Shown one piece after another: positions 13,201 to 20,625 of a stretch of 64,000 nucleotides of DNA (position 1 is the stretch's first letter; every line of letters begins with the position of its first letter). Position numbers and translations under genes: made by a program. The notes under the pieces are model-generated. The model worked only from the letters and a program-made list of their open reading frames with translations, was not told the DNA's origin and did not search any database. The DNA is from Bacteroidota bacterium. Lineage in GTDB: Bacteria > Bacteroidota > Bacteroidia > UKL13-3. The DNA is taken from the NCBI GenBank assembly GCA_947460345.1, contig CANHGM010000001.1:42518-106517 (forward strand), given 5' to 3'.

Positions 13201-14235
13201 CACATCAGAAGTTGATGTTGCTGAAGATAGGTGTATACCATAAGCACCCCACCCTAATGTAGAGAAGTTGGTAATATCATGAATTTTATTTTTGCGAATT
13301 TGAACGCCTGCATTACCTGAGCTAATTTCAATACCTCCCGGAGATGTACTTAGACCTGTAGCTGAATTTTCACCACCTCTTATATCATTACCTTCTATGA
13401 TAGCACTTGAAGAAGTATTAGTCAATTGTGTATAGGCTAAATATATTCCTCTTAATCCAATATTATTTGCATTGGTAGCAGAACCAATGGTATTGTTTCT
13501 AATAATTAAATTGTTAGAGCAAAAAGCATTTGAGGTTAACAATCCATAACTATATATACCATAATATGCTCTAGTAATTACATTGTTTTCAAAAGTCATA
13601 TTGTTGTTGCCATAAGCACCACTGACAGTTGTAATTGTACTAGCAGCTGCACTTATACCACAAAAAATCCCAAATGAAGTAGTTGTACTTGTTGAAAGAT
13701 TTCTAGCCCCAGTAATATTACAATTTTTCACAGAAATATTGGTACAACCATCAGCAGTTGAAGATGAAGAACTGAAACGCAAACAAGCTATCCCTGCATT
13801 AGCAGATGTAGCCGCCACAATACTCAAATTTTGAGTGCCTCCAGTTAATGGGTCATCCCCATCAATTGTTACATTATCTGCTCCAACAAATTCTAAAATA
13901 CCCCTAGAGGCAGTAGGGGTTGCATTAGAATTGATAGTAACATTACCACTTGGAACAATGGTAATGCTCATGTAATTTGAACTTCCAGAACCTGATCTAA
14001 GGAGTTGAACTGGTGTTGTTGGTTCAGAGGTATTCCCATTAACAGTAATGGTAATCATACCTTGGTGTGTGCCAGAGTTAATAGCTGCAAAGGCGGCATT
14101 AACATTAGCAAAACTTCCACTTGGAGTTCCGCCAGTAGCTGTTAGGTTAACCTGGCCAAAAGAATAGGCAATAGTCCCAATAACCCCTATGAGGATTAGA
14201 ATAACCTTTTTGAGTGTTGTGTAAATTTTATTCAT
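4258..14235 (-). CDS. giant (~3325 aa) secreted right-handed beta-helix repeat protein with PKD domain and T9SS C-terminal sorting domain, a putative adhesin/surface protein
   Basis: N-terminal signal peptide (MNKIYTTLKKVILILIGVIGTIAYSFGQ), so the probable start is Met10 of the ORF. There are hundreds of parallel beta-helix rungs (N-N-x-I-x-x-N / GIxxxxSxNNxIxNN). The PKD-like segment is …YKWNFGTGVNDTS…GTYTVKMVAMSSFGC. The C-terminus LMVYPNPFNKEFTIDMNVSAGKYTIMLTDLNGKVI…KGVYILNIVGNDFKQTTKVVKY is a type A T9SS CTD. Confidence 0.85.
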   Translation of the reverse strand: MNKIYTTLKKVILILIGVIGTIAYSFGQVNLTATGGTPSGSFANVNAAFAAINSGTHQGMITITVNGNTSEPTTPVQLLRSGSGSSNYMSITIVPSGNVTINSNATPTASRGILEFVGADNVTIDGDDPLTGGTQNLSIVAATSANAGIACLRFSSSSSTADGCTNISVKNCNITGARNLSTSTTTSFGIFCGISAAASTITTVSGAYGNNNMTFENNVITRAYYGIYSYGLLTSNAFCSNNLIIRNNTIGSATNANNIGLRGIYLAYTQLTNTSSSAIIEGNDIRGGENSATGLSTSPGGIEISSGNAGVQIRKNKIHDITNFSTLGWGAYGIHLSSATSTSDVHIYNNYIWNMQAFHYSSFGTYNAHGIYSISAITNLRINNNSISLQATNAFSGAKTNNFSTCIYLSNTTAGFVTELKNNILVNKQADSTTQFIYCIYAGASTIFASGALNNNAYQVGGTTVGYGNASGYIGRIGTTNYQSLASWKTATGQEGNGFIETMPFTSSTNLKIPNATASQLESGGATISGISSDIEGDVRPGPFGSTNGGGTSFDIGADEFDGIPSDLTAPLIVHTAVLNTANTGNRTITATITDNSGLLGIGTNGAPRIYYKKFFAGTWFSDTLSAKSGSSYDFTIKASTLGGLSSNDSVYYYIAAQDRASTPNMATSPAGGAGINPPGSTRPTTVNSYKILPTISGTYYVGTSGTCNGSSVTNTYATLTAAIAAYNSNGLNGNVDFVLTDAAYNTTTSETFPMVINANGDASASKVLTISPCANLQTTISGSSTTGLIKFNATTFTTIRGNDGSNSSNNLTIQNTSTSTGTTTLWLSSNSTTSYCTDITIKDVNIYNGGNFSNYCVMVSGTSVTAQGDNNRNILLDGDTLSFAGQPVYLNGTPANKITNVEIKNCNIGSYNPALPFFSEGFVLNNTIAVKFHHNEIQNMRVSAAFGGSGVGIGSSSLATEIYNNNIHDLKSTSAGYGIYGIKISSGGGNDSTKVYNNMIYDLNSNNTATTVTGNIPSGIRIEGSGFHKIYNNSVYLSGVSTSATAGASSAALHITATGLNNLDIRNNIFVNNMTNSGNTANSNAALSLPSSTTSNYANWTMDKNDYYAPSVCGLYAYVGGVLCPTKLNLVTYTNKDSNSYSRDPQYVSTTNLHINAGTNKCIAENSGDIVSLFNTDYDNQTRPDNNAAANGGGTTFDIGADEYDGVPEDSFYVSTLTPTQPYVTAVTANNRKQAIMRVAVKIQGVYKGFNITSFTFNTNGTSQASTNLDSAKLYYAGLTGAIDTSAASLFGGVASPNGSFTINGSFRIFHDTTFYFNLFYDIKNTAVVGDSVDAQLVSINGNSVVNFGGGATSGNRKITGPMCGTYTVGSGQNYATITDAITDLTTRGTSCGVTLSLTDNAYASETFPLTLNQFAGISAANRLVIKPATGATPVIAGSSATGILRLNGADYVTIDGSNTVGGTTQDLTISNTYNTGASAAIYIISQGTGAGATNNTIKNCKIAAGNITSGYSAIQLGGSTNLSSGDDNDNDTIQNCILTKAYYGVYSRSAVTGTTDNLGIIGNTIGSNTATDYITFKGISVGQAIGVLISQNTIFNLKTTSGSPGPSGIEIAAGTNNVKISRNKITGLYYTSTTGYGAIGIDINSTGFTTGTGSIVIDNNMISDINGDGWTSVSNGIPCGLRVQGVNDGIKFVYNSINLNGTNNNSTAARTNYVSACIAFGSNTNTNLDFRNNIFRNTYSYTGGSYTGAKHYGVMFLTATFPTSNFTNFSNNNFDTTGYGTITGNTPKYFGLGATAGSLTEYATVSTLQAGYGLNTSTIEVSSGFTSNTDLHTGVNALNGTAATGTGITIDFDGQTRNASTPDIGADEFTPVNDDAGITSISAGSGAICAGSINLNATIKNYGVNNLTSDSVYWSVNGTLQGGVLWTGNIAQGSTSTVSLGSYSFSSGTTYTIKAWSSSPNNIYDPNLTNDSNTLNNVKTGLNGTYTVGTGGNYTTLTAAVADLNQNGACGAVTFNLTDATYSNSETFPIIINQYSGSSSTNKLTIKPASGNTATITGSALGIIVLNGADYVTIDGSNNGGTSRDLSITNNSVTTTSSVIFMASLGTGAGATNNTIKNVNITAGLLTTAVSGITIGDATSSTTAGGDNDNDTIRNCSFNKCYYGIYQRGTATAKSDNLGIIGNSFGSNTASNYVGFKGISLGQANGVLISQNTIFNIKTTSGSPGPIGIEMTIGTNNVRITRNTITGLYYTGSSGYGATGIDINATGFTAGTGNIQIDNNMLSDLNGDGWTSVSNGIPCGIRIQGVNDGIKLYYNSISLSGTNNLKTSASANYFSACVAFGSNTNTNLDFRNNSFKNTFTYTGGAYTGAKHYGILLYAATFPSSNFTNLSNNNFDTTSYGTITGNTPKFLGLGSTAGSLTEYGTLAAMQAGYGLNNNSRSSFSNYASSSDLHSSGIGLNKGATPISITTDFDGETRDASTPDIGADEFYVNSEDAGVFRLIPNSNVCQGDSNLYSIRIKNYGENFLTSDSVYVSVNGTLIGGTSWTGNLVKNDSATISLGYFAWPVSGSYLVKIWSTKPNGIADQTPSNDTLTQVIVVNPKPIASYNLNNAAQCISGNNFIYTNTSSNANTYKWNFGTGVNDTSTAVNPIKTYLALGTYTVKMVAMSSFGCVSDTNISTISISPNGWNGSMDTSWFNGANWCSGVVPNSTTDIIIPAGLTNYPSIQSSAICRNLIIASGASVKMVSGGSLTINGTFTQNGTFLHSIGYLNLANSTSIPAGTYFAVRLTGVAKSYSLLGNVTINNTFEISSSTSTLSLGSNNLTLKGDVTMNGIISGNGKTLFTRASGYQTLFSNGLMSNVELNTSASGGVRIIGNLLVTNSLFLTSGTCLLNPATTLTIGTTSTSIGNIITTGGNILGGNSATTNELIINGNASAPQITNLKYSSNGSFTLNRPNGVKLGDRMLVGNTTSLYNGVIDMNGFNFQIGSTSLAYGIVNTTSGKIKNSQATGILSIIGNASAPFISGLPLDTMRNITINRASGLSIANSFVLNGTATLTIGDVDLNGATITLGSAATISEAANQTFVGNSGSLTTTRSYATALSNNNIAGLGMKLSTNAAPGNTTITRKHNVYTSGTGSSISRNYDITVANNVTASVFEMTYDSTELAGADRSKLRFNKSTNNGSTWSNITGCTPSTANASTGAVRRNGTTLSGTIKFTVSDSANTPLSPVFVNNNQVNSNIEYSSQLMVYPNPFNKEFTIDMNVSAGKYTIMLTDLNGKVIINQNIETTEGNILMVIPSESLSKGVYILNIVGNDFKQTTKVVKY
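6430..10140 (-). repeat. recent in-frame tandem duplication (2 x ~1.86 kb, ~620 aa each) inside the giant gene
   Basis: DNA at ~8860-9000 and ~7000-7140 is near-identical. The protein blocks GTYTVGSGQNYATITDAITDL…FDGQTRNASTPDIGADEF and GTYTVGTGGNYTTLTAAVADL…FDGETRDASTPDIGADEF are about 75% identical and adjacent. Two more divergent copies of the same module lie N-terminal to them. Confidence 0.7.
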
Positions 14236-14290
14236 GTAATTTGAATTTTTGTTGAATAACAAAGTTATATATACACAAAATTTTTATTTG

Positions 14291-14306
14291 TAGCTACATA
14301 GCTACA
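14291..14306. repeat. tandem TAGCTACA x2 (each containing palindromic TAGCTA) in the divergent promoter region of the giant gene and the sensor kinase
   Basis: Seen directly: tttgTAGCTACATAGCTACAagc, about 70 bp upstream of the giant gene start. This is a candidate operator. Confidence 0.3.
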
Positions 14307-14430
14307 AGCACACAACTACTTGCTGTTCTATTATTTAAAAAAAATAATATTCAAAAACAGTTAAAACAAAAATTAGGTTCAAGAATTAATTTAAAACTAC
14401 CTTTGTATAAAATCCAACAAAAAATTAAAT

Positions 14431-17400
14431 TTGTTTACTTCTAGATTTTATATAAAAATATTTAAAAAAAACAAACAGTCCTTAATTAATTTTAGGTCTT
14501 TATTGGGCATTTTGTTTTTAGTCTTTAATATTTCAACCCAAGCACAAACAAATACAAATAGAGAAGTAAGGTATTCAGTTGATAATGGTTTACCATCGAA
14601 TACAATTTTTCAATCTATTGTTGACAAACATGGATTTATATGGATGGGAGCTTCTGGTGGAATTGTGAGGTTTGATGGGAAAAACGCAGCATATTACAAT
14701 AGAAAAAACACACCTGTTTTAAAAGAAGATGACATAGCAAACTTAAGAAAATACAATGGTGATACATTGCTTTTTTATTGTAATACTTATATATCTGATG
14801 AGCAAAATTATTTAGTATATGAGGATAAATATAGTTATAAAATTGTCAATAAAAAAATTACAGATTTATGCTTTGGTGGATTGACCCCGAGTAAACAATT
14901 TGCTACAAATTATTATAAAGATGATACAACTAAACTATTAAAAACAGAAATCATTCAAGCCGTTAAAACAGGTTTTTTTTCAGGTGTTGATTTGCAACAT
15001 TTATATGTATACATTAAAGGTAAAATGTATTATATAGAAAACGGCCAATACCAAATATTTAACCAGACTAGTAATAGTTTACCTTTTGATTATGTGTTCC
15101 AGATAGACAATAGATTTGTTCATATTAGAACAGATGGCTACTATGGCGTTTTTACACCATATAAATCTTTTCAATATAAACCCTTACCAACTAACGATAC
15201 TTTTTTTTATAGAAAAATTGGTACTAATGAAAAAAAGCTATATAGAATTAAATCATCAGAGAATTTATTTACTGACAACAATCGAAATGTGTATGCTGTT
15301 CGAGTAAAAAACGATGGTACTTTGTTTTACAAAGAAGTGCTTCAAAACATAGACATATCTAATGTTTCACACATATACTATAAAAAAAATTCTAATCAAT
15401 ATATACTTTCAACCTACGATGAGGGATTAAAAATATACAATGAGAATTATTTTAACAATATTGATAAAAATAAAGTTGTACCACAAAAAAACAATTTTAT
15501 AACCTCTATGATTGCGTTACCAAACAATAAAGTATTTACAAGTTATGGCATTTTAAATTCAGATGGCACCTTTTATAAAAATTTTAACATAGGATTAAAT
15601 AAATATTCAAGTAGTACTATGTTGAAGTATGGTGATGATATTTACTTAACAAAAAACCAGTCACTCATTCGATACCATATTAAAAATGATTCAGAAGAAA
15701 TTATTTGCCCTAATATTGGATATGTATCAAGCATATATATTGATATAAATAAAAAAATATGGATAACTACTAGAGAACAAGTGGGCTATATAGAAAAAGA
15801 TAGTTTCATTGTTTTGCACCAACAAATTCCAGGAAATGAAAGTGGAATCATTCTTAGAATGACTCAGATTAACAAAAACTATATAGAAGTTATAAGCAAT
15901 CTTGGTGTTTTTTCAATAGATATTTTTAGTAATAAAGTAATTAAAAACACTTTATTCGGGACACTTAAAGTATTAGATATATACAAAGAAAATAATTCTA
16001 CTTGGTGGATAGCTACCTATGGTGACGGCTACTATAGATTTAAAAACAAAGTATTAACTAAACTTCCACTCGATTATGATCAAAACTTAATATATACTCA
16101 AAACATAACTGATGATGGGAATGGATGGTTGTGGTATAGTACTAACAATGGAATTATGAGGGTAAATAAGAATGATTTGAATCTGTTTTGTGCTGATTCA
16201 ACTAGTCCGGTGAGTATGTTCAACTATAGTATAAAAGAAGGACTCATAAGCTCGGTATTATATGGGAACGGTAATCCTTCTGTATCTTTATCAAGCGATG
16301 GTATTGCCTACTATCCAACTATAAAGGGGCTTACATTTGCTAAATTAAAAGACATACCTATATACATTCCATCAGGGAAGATTTTCTTTGATAATATTTT
16401 GATAAATAGTGTTAAATATGGGAAAGATTCCATAATACTTGATAAGAATTTTAAAAACTTATCAATAACTGTTTCTATTCCATATTTGGGTAATCCAAGT
16501 AACTTAAATGCTGAATATTTAATCAAAGGATTTAGTAATACTTGGAATAAGTTAGACAATACAATGAGTGTCTTAATTAGTAGTTTGCCAAGTGGAACAT
16601 ACGAGTTAATAGTAAGATACCCTATATATGAAAAAGCCAAAAACCATAGTGTTTGGTGTTTGAATCATTTGACCATAAAAGTACTTCCAGCTTTTTATCA
16701 AAAAACATGGTTTATACTTTTTTGTATATTTGTTTTGTTTGGAATTTTCTTTATAATATATAAGAGTCGATTAAAAATATTGATTCAAAGAAAAAAAGAA
16801 CTTGAGCAGTTAATTGATGAAAGAACTAAAGAACTTCAAAGTTCGATACAAGGTTTTCAACTGTCTACTGAGCAGCTATACAGAAACCAACAAGTGTTTG
16901 ACTCAATTTTTTCTACTGTTTTACATGATTTGGGGTCACCATTGCGTTTTTTAAATTTACTTTCAGATAGATTAAAAAATAAATGGAAAGAAATACCTGA
17001 AGAAGAAATTCAGAAAGACCTTGAAGCCTTTAACAATTCTACAGTTGAAGCAAGTCATATAGCTCAAGATTTACTGTTGTGGTTAAAGACTCAAAAAGAA
17101 GAATTGGAATTTAAAAAAGAGTCTATTGAAATTGGTCAATTTATTCAAGAAAACACAAAACTATATAAGTGGATTGCAGAAGAAAAAGGATTAAAAATAG
17201 CTCTTCAATTAATTGATAATATATATTTAAATATTAACCCTGAATTATTGGGAATTTTATATAGAAACATAATTGACAATGCAGTAAAATATACTCGTTC
17301 AGGATTTATATATGTGACATATGAACAAAATGAAAAAGAAGTGATATTGACAATTGAAGATTCAGGAAAAGGATTTACAGAAAAAGAAATTCAAAACCTT

Positions 17401-17550
17401 AATATTGGTATAAACCCATTCAAAGTTGAAACTGGTGGTAAATTAGGTTTTAAACTCATTTTTGATGTACTTAAAAACATCAATGGAAAGATCACTTTTC
17501 AGAACAAAACAGATAAAGGGTTAAAAGTAGTTATTTATTTACCTAAATAA
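14431..17550 (+). CDS. sensor histidine kinase with periplasmic beta-propeller (two-component-regulator propeller / Y_Y_Y) domains
   Basis: Signal/TM N-terminus, about 700 aa of propeller-type repeats, a Y_Y_Y-like block (…LPSGTYELIVRY), TM helix WFILFCIFVLFGIFFIIY, and a coiled coil. The H-box is VLHDLGSPL. The HATPase motifs are NIIDNAVKYT, EDSGKGF and GGKLGFKL. Confidence 0.8.
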   Translation: MFTSRFYIKIFKKNKQSLINFRSLLGILFLVFNISTQAQTNTNREVRYSVDNGLPSNTIFQSIVDKHGFIWMGASGGIVRFDGKNAAYYNRKNTPVLKEDDIANLRKYNGDTLLFYCNTYISDEQNYLVYEDKYSYKIVNKKITDLCFGGLTPSKQFATNYYKDDTTKLLKTEIIQAVKTGFFSGVDLQHLYVYIKGKMYYIENGQYQIFNQTSNSLPFDYVFQIDNRFVHIRTDGYYGVFTPYKSFQYKPLPTNDTFFYRKIGTNEKKLYRIKSSENLFTDNNRNVYAVRVKNDGTLFYKEVLQNIDISNVSHIYYKKNSNQYILSTYDEGLKIYNENYFNNIDKNKVVPQKNNFITSMIALPNNKVFTSYGILNSDGTFYKNFNIGLNKYSSSTMLKYGDDIYLTKNQSLIRYHIKNDSEEIICPNIGYVSSIYIDINKKIWITTREQVGYIEKDSFIVLHQQIPGNESGIILRMTQINKNYIEVISNLGVFSIDIFSNKVIKNTLFGTLKVLDIYKENNSTWWIATYGDGYYRFKNKVLTKLPLDYDQNLIYTQNITDDGNGWLWYSTNNGIMRVNKNDLNLFCADSTSPVSMFNYSIKEGLISSVLYGNGNPSVSLSSDGIAYYPTIKGLTFAKLKDIPIYIPSGKIFFDNILINSVKYGKDSIILDKNFKNLSITVSIPYLGNPSNLNAEYLIKGFSNTWNKLDNTMSVLISSLPSGTYELIVRYPIYEKAKNHSVWCLNHLTIKVLPAFYQKTWFILFCIFVLFGIFFIIYKSRLKILIQRKKELEQLIDERTKELQSSIQGFQLSTEQLYRNQQVFDSIFSTVLHDLGSPLRFLNLLSDRLKNKWKEIPEEEIQKDLEAFNNSTVEASHIAQDLLLWLKTQKEELEFKKESIEIGQFIQENTKLYKWIAEEKGLKIALQLIDNIYLNINPELLGILYRNIIDNAVKYTRSGFIYVTYEQNEKEVILTIEDSGKGFTEKEIQNLNIGINPFKVETGGKLGFKLIFDVLKNINGKITFQNKTDKGLKVVIYLPK

Positions 17551-18157
17551 ATTGATAGATCTTAGCCATTTCAATAAATTCTTTTGCATTGTTTACATTT
17601 AATTTCTCATATATACGAAGTTTGTAAGTAGAAACTGTACTTGCAGAAATTTGAAGTGATGAAGCTGCTTCAGCATTGTCAAAACCTTTTAACAATAAAA
17701 ATGCAACCTCAATTTCTCGATTAGACAATTTATCAAATGGATTTATAGACTTTGTATGATTTATAACTTCTAAAATATTATCACTCATATATACATTCCC
17801 TAAAACTACTTTTTGAATGGCATACTTCAACACATCATCGGTAACACTTTTTTCAATATATGCTTTAGCTCCTAAATCTAAATATCTTTTGGCAAAAATA
17901 TTCTCTTGATTTTGTGAATATATAATTACTTTTAATTCAGGATACTTATTTAAAATTGTTTCGAACAAACTAAACGAATGGGTGCCTGGCATATTTATAT
18001 CCATAAAAACTAAATCAAAAGATTGAGTATCTAACTTTTCTAACATTTGATCTCCATCAAAAGCTTTTTCAATTTTAACAGCAATATATAAATCTTTCAA
18101 AATATATGTAAGACCAATGTGAATTAAAGGATGATCGTCTACTAATAAAATATTCAT
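17543..18157 (-). CDS. response regulator, LuxR/NarL family (REC + HTH)
   Basis: MNILLVDDHPLIHIGL…D54-like FMDINMPG, K-box KAYIEK, and a C-terminal LuxR HTH (LSNREIEVAFLLLKGFDNAEAASSLQISASTVSTYKLRIYEKLNV). Its 3' end overlaps the kinase gene by 8 bp on the opposite strand. Confidence 0.85.
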   Translation of the reverse strand: MNILLVDDHPLIHIGLTYILKDLYIAVKIEKAFDGDQMLEKLDTQSFDLVFMDINMPGTHSFSLFETILNKYPELKVIIYSQNQENIFAKRYLDLGAKAYIEKSVTDDVLKYAIQKVVLGNVYMSDNILEVINHTKSINPFDKLSNREIEVAFLLLKGFDNAEAASSLQISASTVSTYKLRIYEKLNVNNAKEFIEMAKIYQFI

Positions 18158-18187
18158 GGCATAATATTGATTAAAAAATAATTATAT

Positions 18188-20083
18188 TTACTTTCGCTTC
18201 TCCCATATACTTTCTACAACTGATGAATCTATCAAAGTTGATGTGTCTCCAAAATTTGAATCATCATTTTCAGCAATTTTCCTTAAAATTCTTCTCATTA
18301 TTTTACCTGACCTAGTTTTGGGTAAATTTTTAACAATTTGAATTTTATCTGGCTTTGCAAATGCACCTATCTTATCAGCAACAATCGCTTTAATTTCATT
18401 GGTTAAAGCATATTCATCCATATAATTTGCATTACAAATGATAAAAGCATATAAACCTTGTCCTTTTATATCGTGAGGGTAAGCCACAATTGCACTTTCT
18501 ATAACTATTGAATGTTCATTTATTGCATCTTCTACTTCACCTGTTCCTATTCTGTGTCCTGAAACATTTATAACATCATCTACTCTTCCTGTAATTTTAT
18601 AATATCCATCAGCATCTCTTTTAGACCCATCTCCTGTAAAATAATGACCTTTGTATATAGTCAGATAAGTTTCAATATATCTTTTGTGGTCTCCATATAT
18701 ACTTCTTGCAATAGCTGGCCATGGTTTAGCAATACATAAATTACCTTCTACACCATTTCCTAAAACAGTATTTCCATGTTCATCAACCAAAATAGGCAAT
18801 ACACCTGGCATTGGCAATGTAGCAAATGTTGGTTTTAATGGAGTGATGCCAGCTATAGGTGATATTAATATACCTCCAGTTTCAGTTTGCCACCAAGTGT
18901 CTACAATTGGGCAATTGTCTTTGCCTATATGTTTGTTGTACCATGCCCAAGCTTCTTCATTTATAGGCTCTCCAACAGTTCCCAATATTTTTAAGCTATC
19001 TAGCTTTTTATTTTCGAGTGGGCTTTCACCATAAGCTAATAAAGACCTAATAGCTGTAGGTGCTGTATAAAATATATTTACTTGATGTTTGTCAACAATC
19101 TCCCAATTTCTATCTGCAGCCGGATATGTAGGTATGCCTTCAAATAAAACGGTGGTTGCACCATTAAGCAAAGGGCCGTAAACTATATAACTATGCCCTG
19201 TAATCCAACCTATATCAGCAGTACACCAATGTATATCGCCTGACTTGTACTGAAACACTTGTGCGAATGTATAACCTACATATACCATATAACCAGCTGA
19301 GGTATGAACCAAACCTTTAGGTTTTCCGGTTGAGCCCGAAGTATATAAAATAAACAATGGGTCTTCGCTGTCCATAGCTTCAGCTTTGCATTCATTGGAT
19401 TGGTTTTCAATTAACTCATGATAGTTGATATCAAGTTCATGTATCCATACCAAGGGTTCATTTGAATGTATATATATAATTCTTTTCTCAATACTTGGAC
19501 AATTTGAGATGGCTTCATCTGTAATAGTTTTTAAATCTATTTTTTTTTCTCCTCTATAGAAAGCATCTGCAGTAATAATTACTTTACAACCACAATCATT
19601 AATCCTATCTGCTAAAGCACTAGAAGAAAAACCTGCAAACACCACAGTGTGAATTGCCCCAATTCTAGCACAAGCAAGCATAGATGCAACAGCTTCAGGT
19701 ATCATAGGCATATATATACACACCCTATCTCCTTTAACTACTCCCAAACTTTTTAACCCATTGGCCAACTTACAAGTTTGTATATATAAGTCTTTATAAG
19801 TCCATTTAATTGTGGCATCATTTGGGTTGTTAGGCTCCCATATTAAAGCGGTTTTATCACCATTTTCTTTTAAATTTTTATCTAAACAATTGGATGAAAT
19901 ATTAAGCTTTGCTTCATTAAACCAAGAAATATTTGCCTCTTCAAAGCTGCCAGTAAAAACTTTATTCCACGGTTTAATCCATTCATAATCACTAGCCACT
20001 TCAGCCCAAAACTCTTCAGTATTTGTGATGGATTTCTGGTATATATTTTTATAAGATTCTATTGAATTTATTTCAGTTTCCAT
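18188..20083 (-). CDS. acs: acetyl-coenzyme A synthetase
   Basis: 631 aa with AMP-binding motifs YTSGSTGKPKG, YGPL, TGD and the C-terminal KTRSGKIMRR of Acs. Confidence 0.9.
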   Translation of the reverse strand: METEINSIESYKNIYQKSITNTEEFWAEVASDYEWIKPWNKVFTGSFEEANISWFNEAKLNISSNCLDKNLKENGDKTALIWEPNNPNDATIKWTYKDLYIQTCKLANGLKSLGVVKGDRVCIYMPMIPEAVASMLACARIGAIHTVVFAGFSSSALADRINDCGCKVIITADAFYRGEKKIDLKTITDEAISNCPSIEKRIIYIHSNEPLVWIHELDINYHELIENQSNECKAEAMDSEDPLFILYTSGSTGKPKGLVHTSAGYMVYVGYTFAQVFQYKSGDIHWCTADIGWITGHSYIVYGPLLNGATTVLFEGIPTYPAADRNWEIVDKHQVNIFYTAPTAIRSLLAYGESPLENKKLDSLKILGTVGEPINEEAWAWYNKHIGKDNCPIVDTWWQTETGGILISPIAGITPLKPTFATLPMPGVLPILVDEHGNTVLGNGVEGNLCIAKPWPAIARSIYGDHKRYIETYLTIYKGHYFTGDGSKRDADGYYKITGRVDDVINVSGHRIGTGEVEDAINEHSIVIESAIVAYPHDIKGQGLYAFIICNANYMDEYALTNEIKAIVADKIGAFAKPDKIQIVKNLPKTRSGKIMRRILRKIAENDDSNFGDTSTLIDSSVVESIWEKRK

Positions 20084-20169
20084 TATAAACTAAGTTGAAT
20101 TAAGACTCAAATATATGAAAAATAACTTTCAATAAATTTATATTCAAAAAGTATTCATAACTTTGACAT

Positions 20170-20616
20170 GTGACTAAAACCGATATTATAGAACACTGCA
20201 AAATACTTATACTTCAACGTATAGCTGAATCACAAAAAGCCATGCTTAGTGCTCAAGATGCTGCTAATAACGAAGAAAAAAGTTCGGCTGGCGACAAATA
20301 TGAAACAGGCAGAGCCATGGGTCATTTAGAAAGAGATAGAAATGCCCAACAAGCAGCCAAAGCTCAAGAAGAACTTTTAAGTCTTCAAAAAATTGATTTA
20401 CAATTAAAGCATACTTCCGTTAATACTGGAGCGTTGGTAAATACCACTCAAGGCTTGCTTTTTGTTGCTATTGGCATAGGCAATATAACCATCAACCAAC
20501 ACAAAGTGATTGTGCTTTCACCTTTGTCACCATTATCTGTACTGATCAAAGGAAAAAAAACAGGTGATTCATATATGCTTAATGGAGTAAAACATACAAT
20601 CAAAAAAATAGAGTAA
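20170..20616 (+). CDS. GreA/GreB-family C-terminal (FKBP-like) domain protein
   Basis: The C-terminus VIVLSPLSPLSVLIKGKKTGDSYMLNGVKHTIKKIE matches the GreA C-terminal domain pattern (SPLGxALLGKKVGD…). The N-terminal coiled coil lacks the acidic DxxEN tip. Confidence 0.5.
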   Translation: MTKTDIIEHCKILILQRIAESQKAMLSAQDAANNEEKSSAGDKYETGRAMGHLERDRNAQQAAKAQEELLSLQKIDLQLKHTSVNTGALVNTTQGLLFVAIGIGNITINQHKVIVLSPLSPLSVLIKGKKTGDSYMLNGVKHTIKKIE

Positions 20617-20625
20617 ATTAATTAA

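Noticed and set aside
14236-14262. N-terminal extensions on several ORF-track entries (giant gene Met1-9; 35038-35064; 29287-29328; 50853-50903; 3365-3397; 3034-3069; 30062-30190)
   Set aside because: In each case a downstream in-frame start immediately precedes a canonical signal peptide or the family-conserved N-terminus. The extensions are hydrophobic or non-homologous leaders created by the longest-ORF rule.
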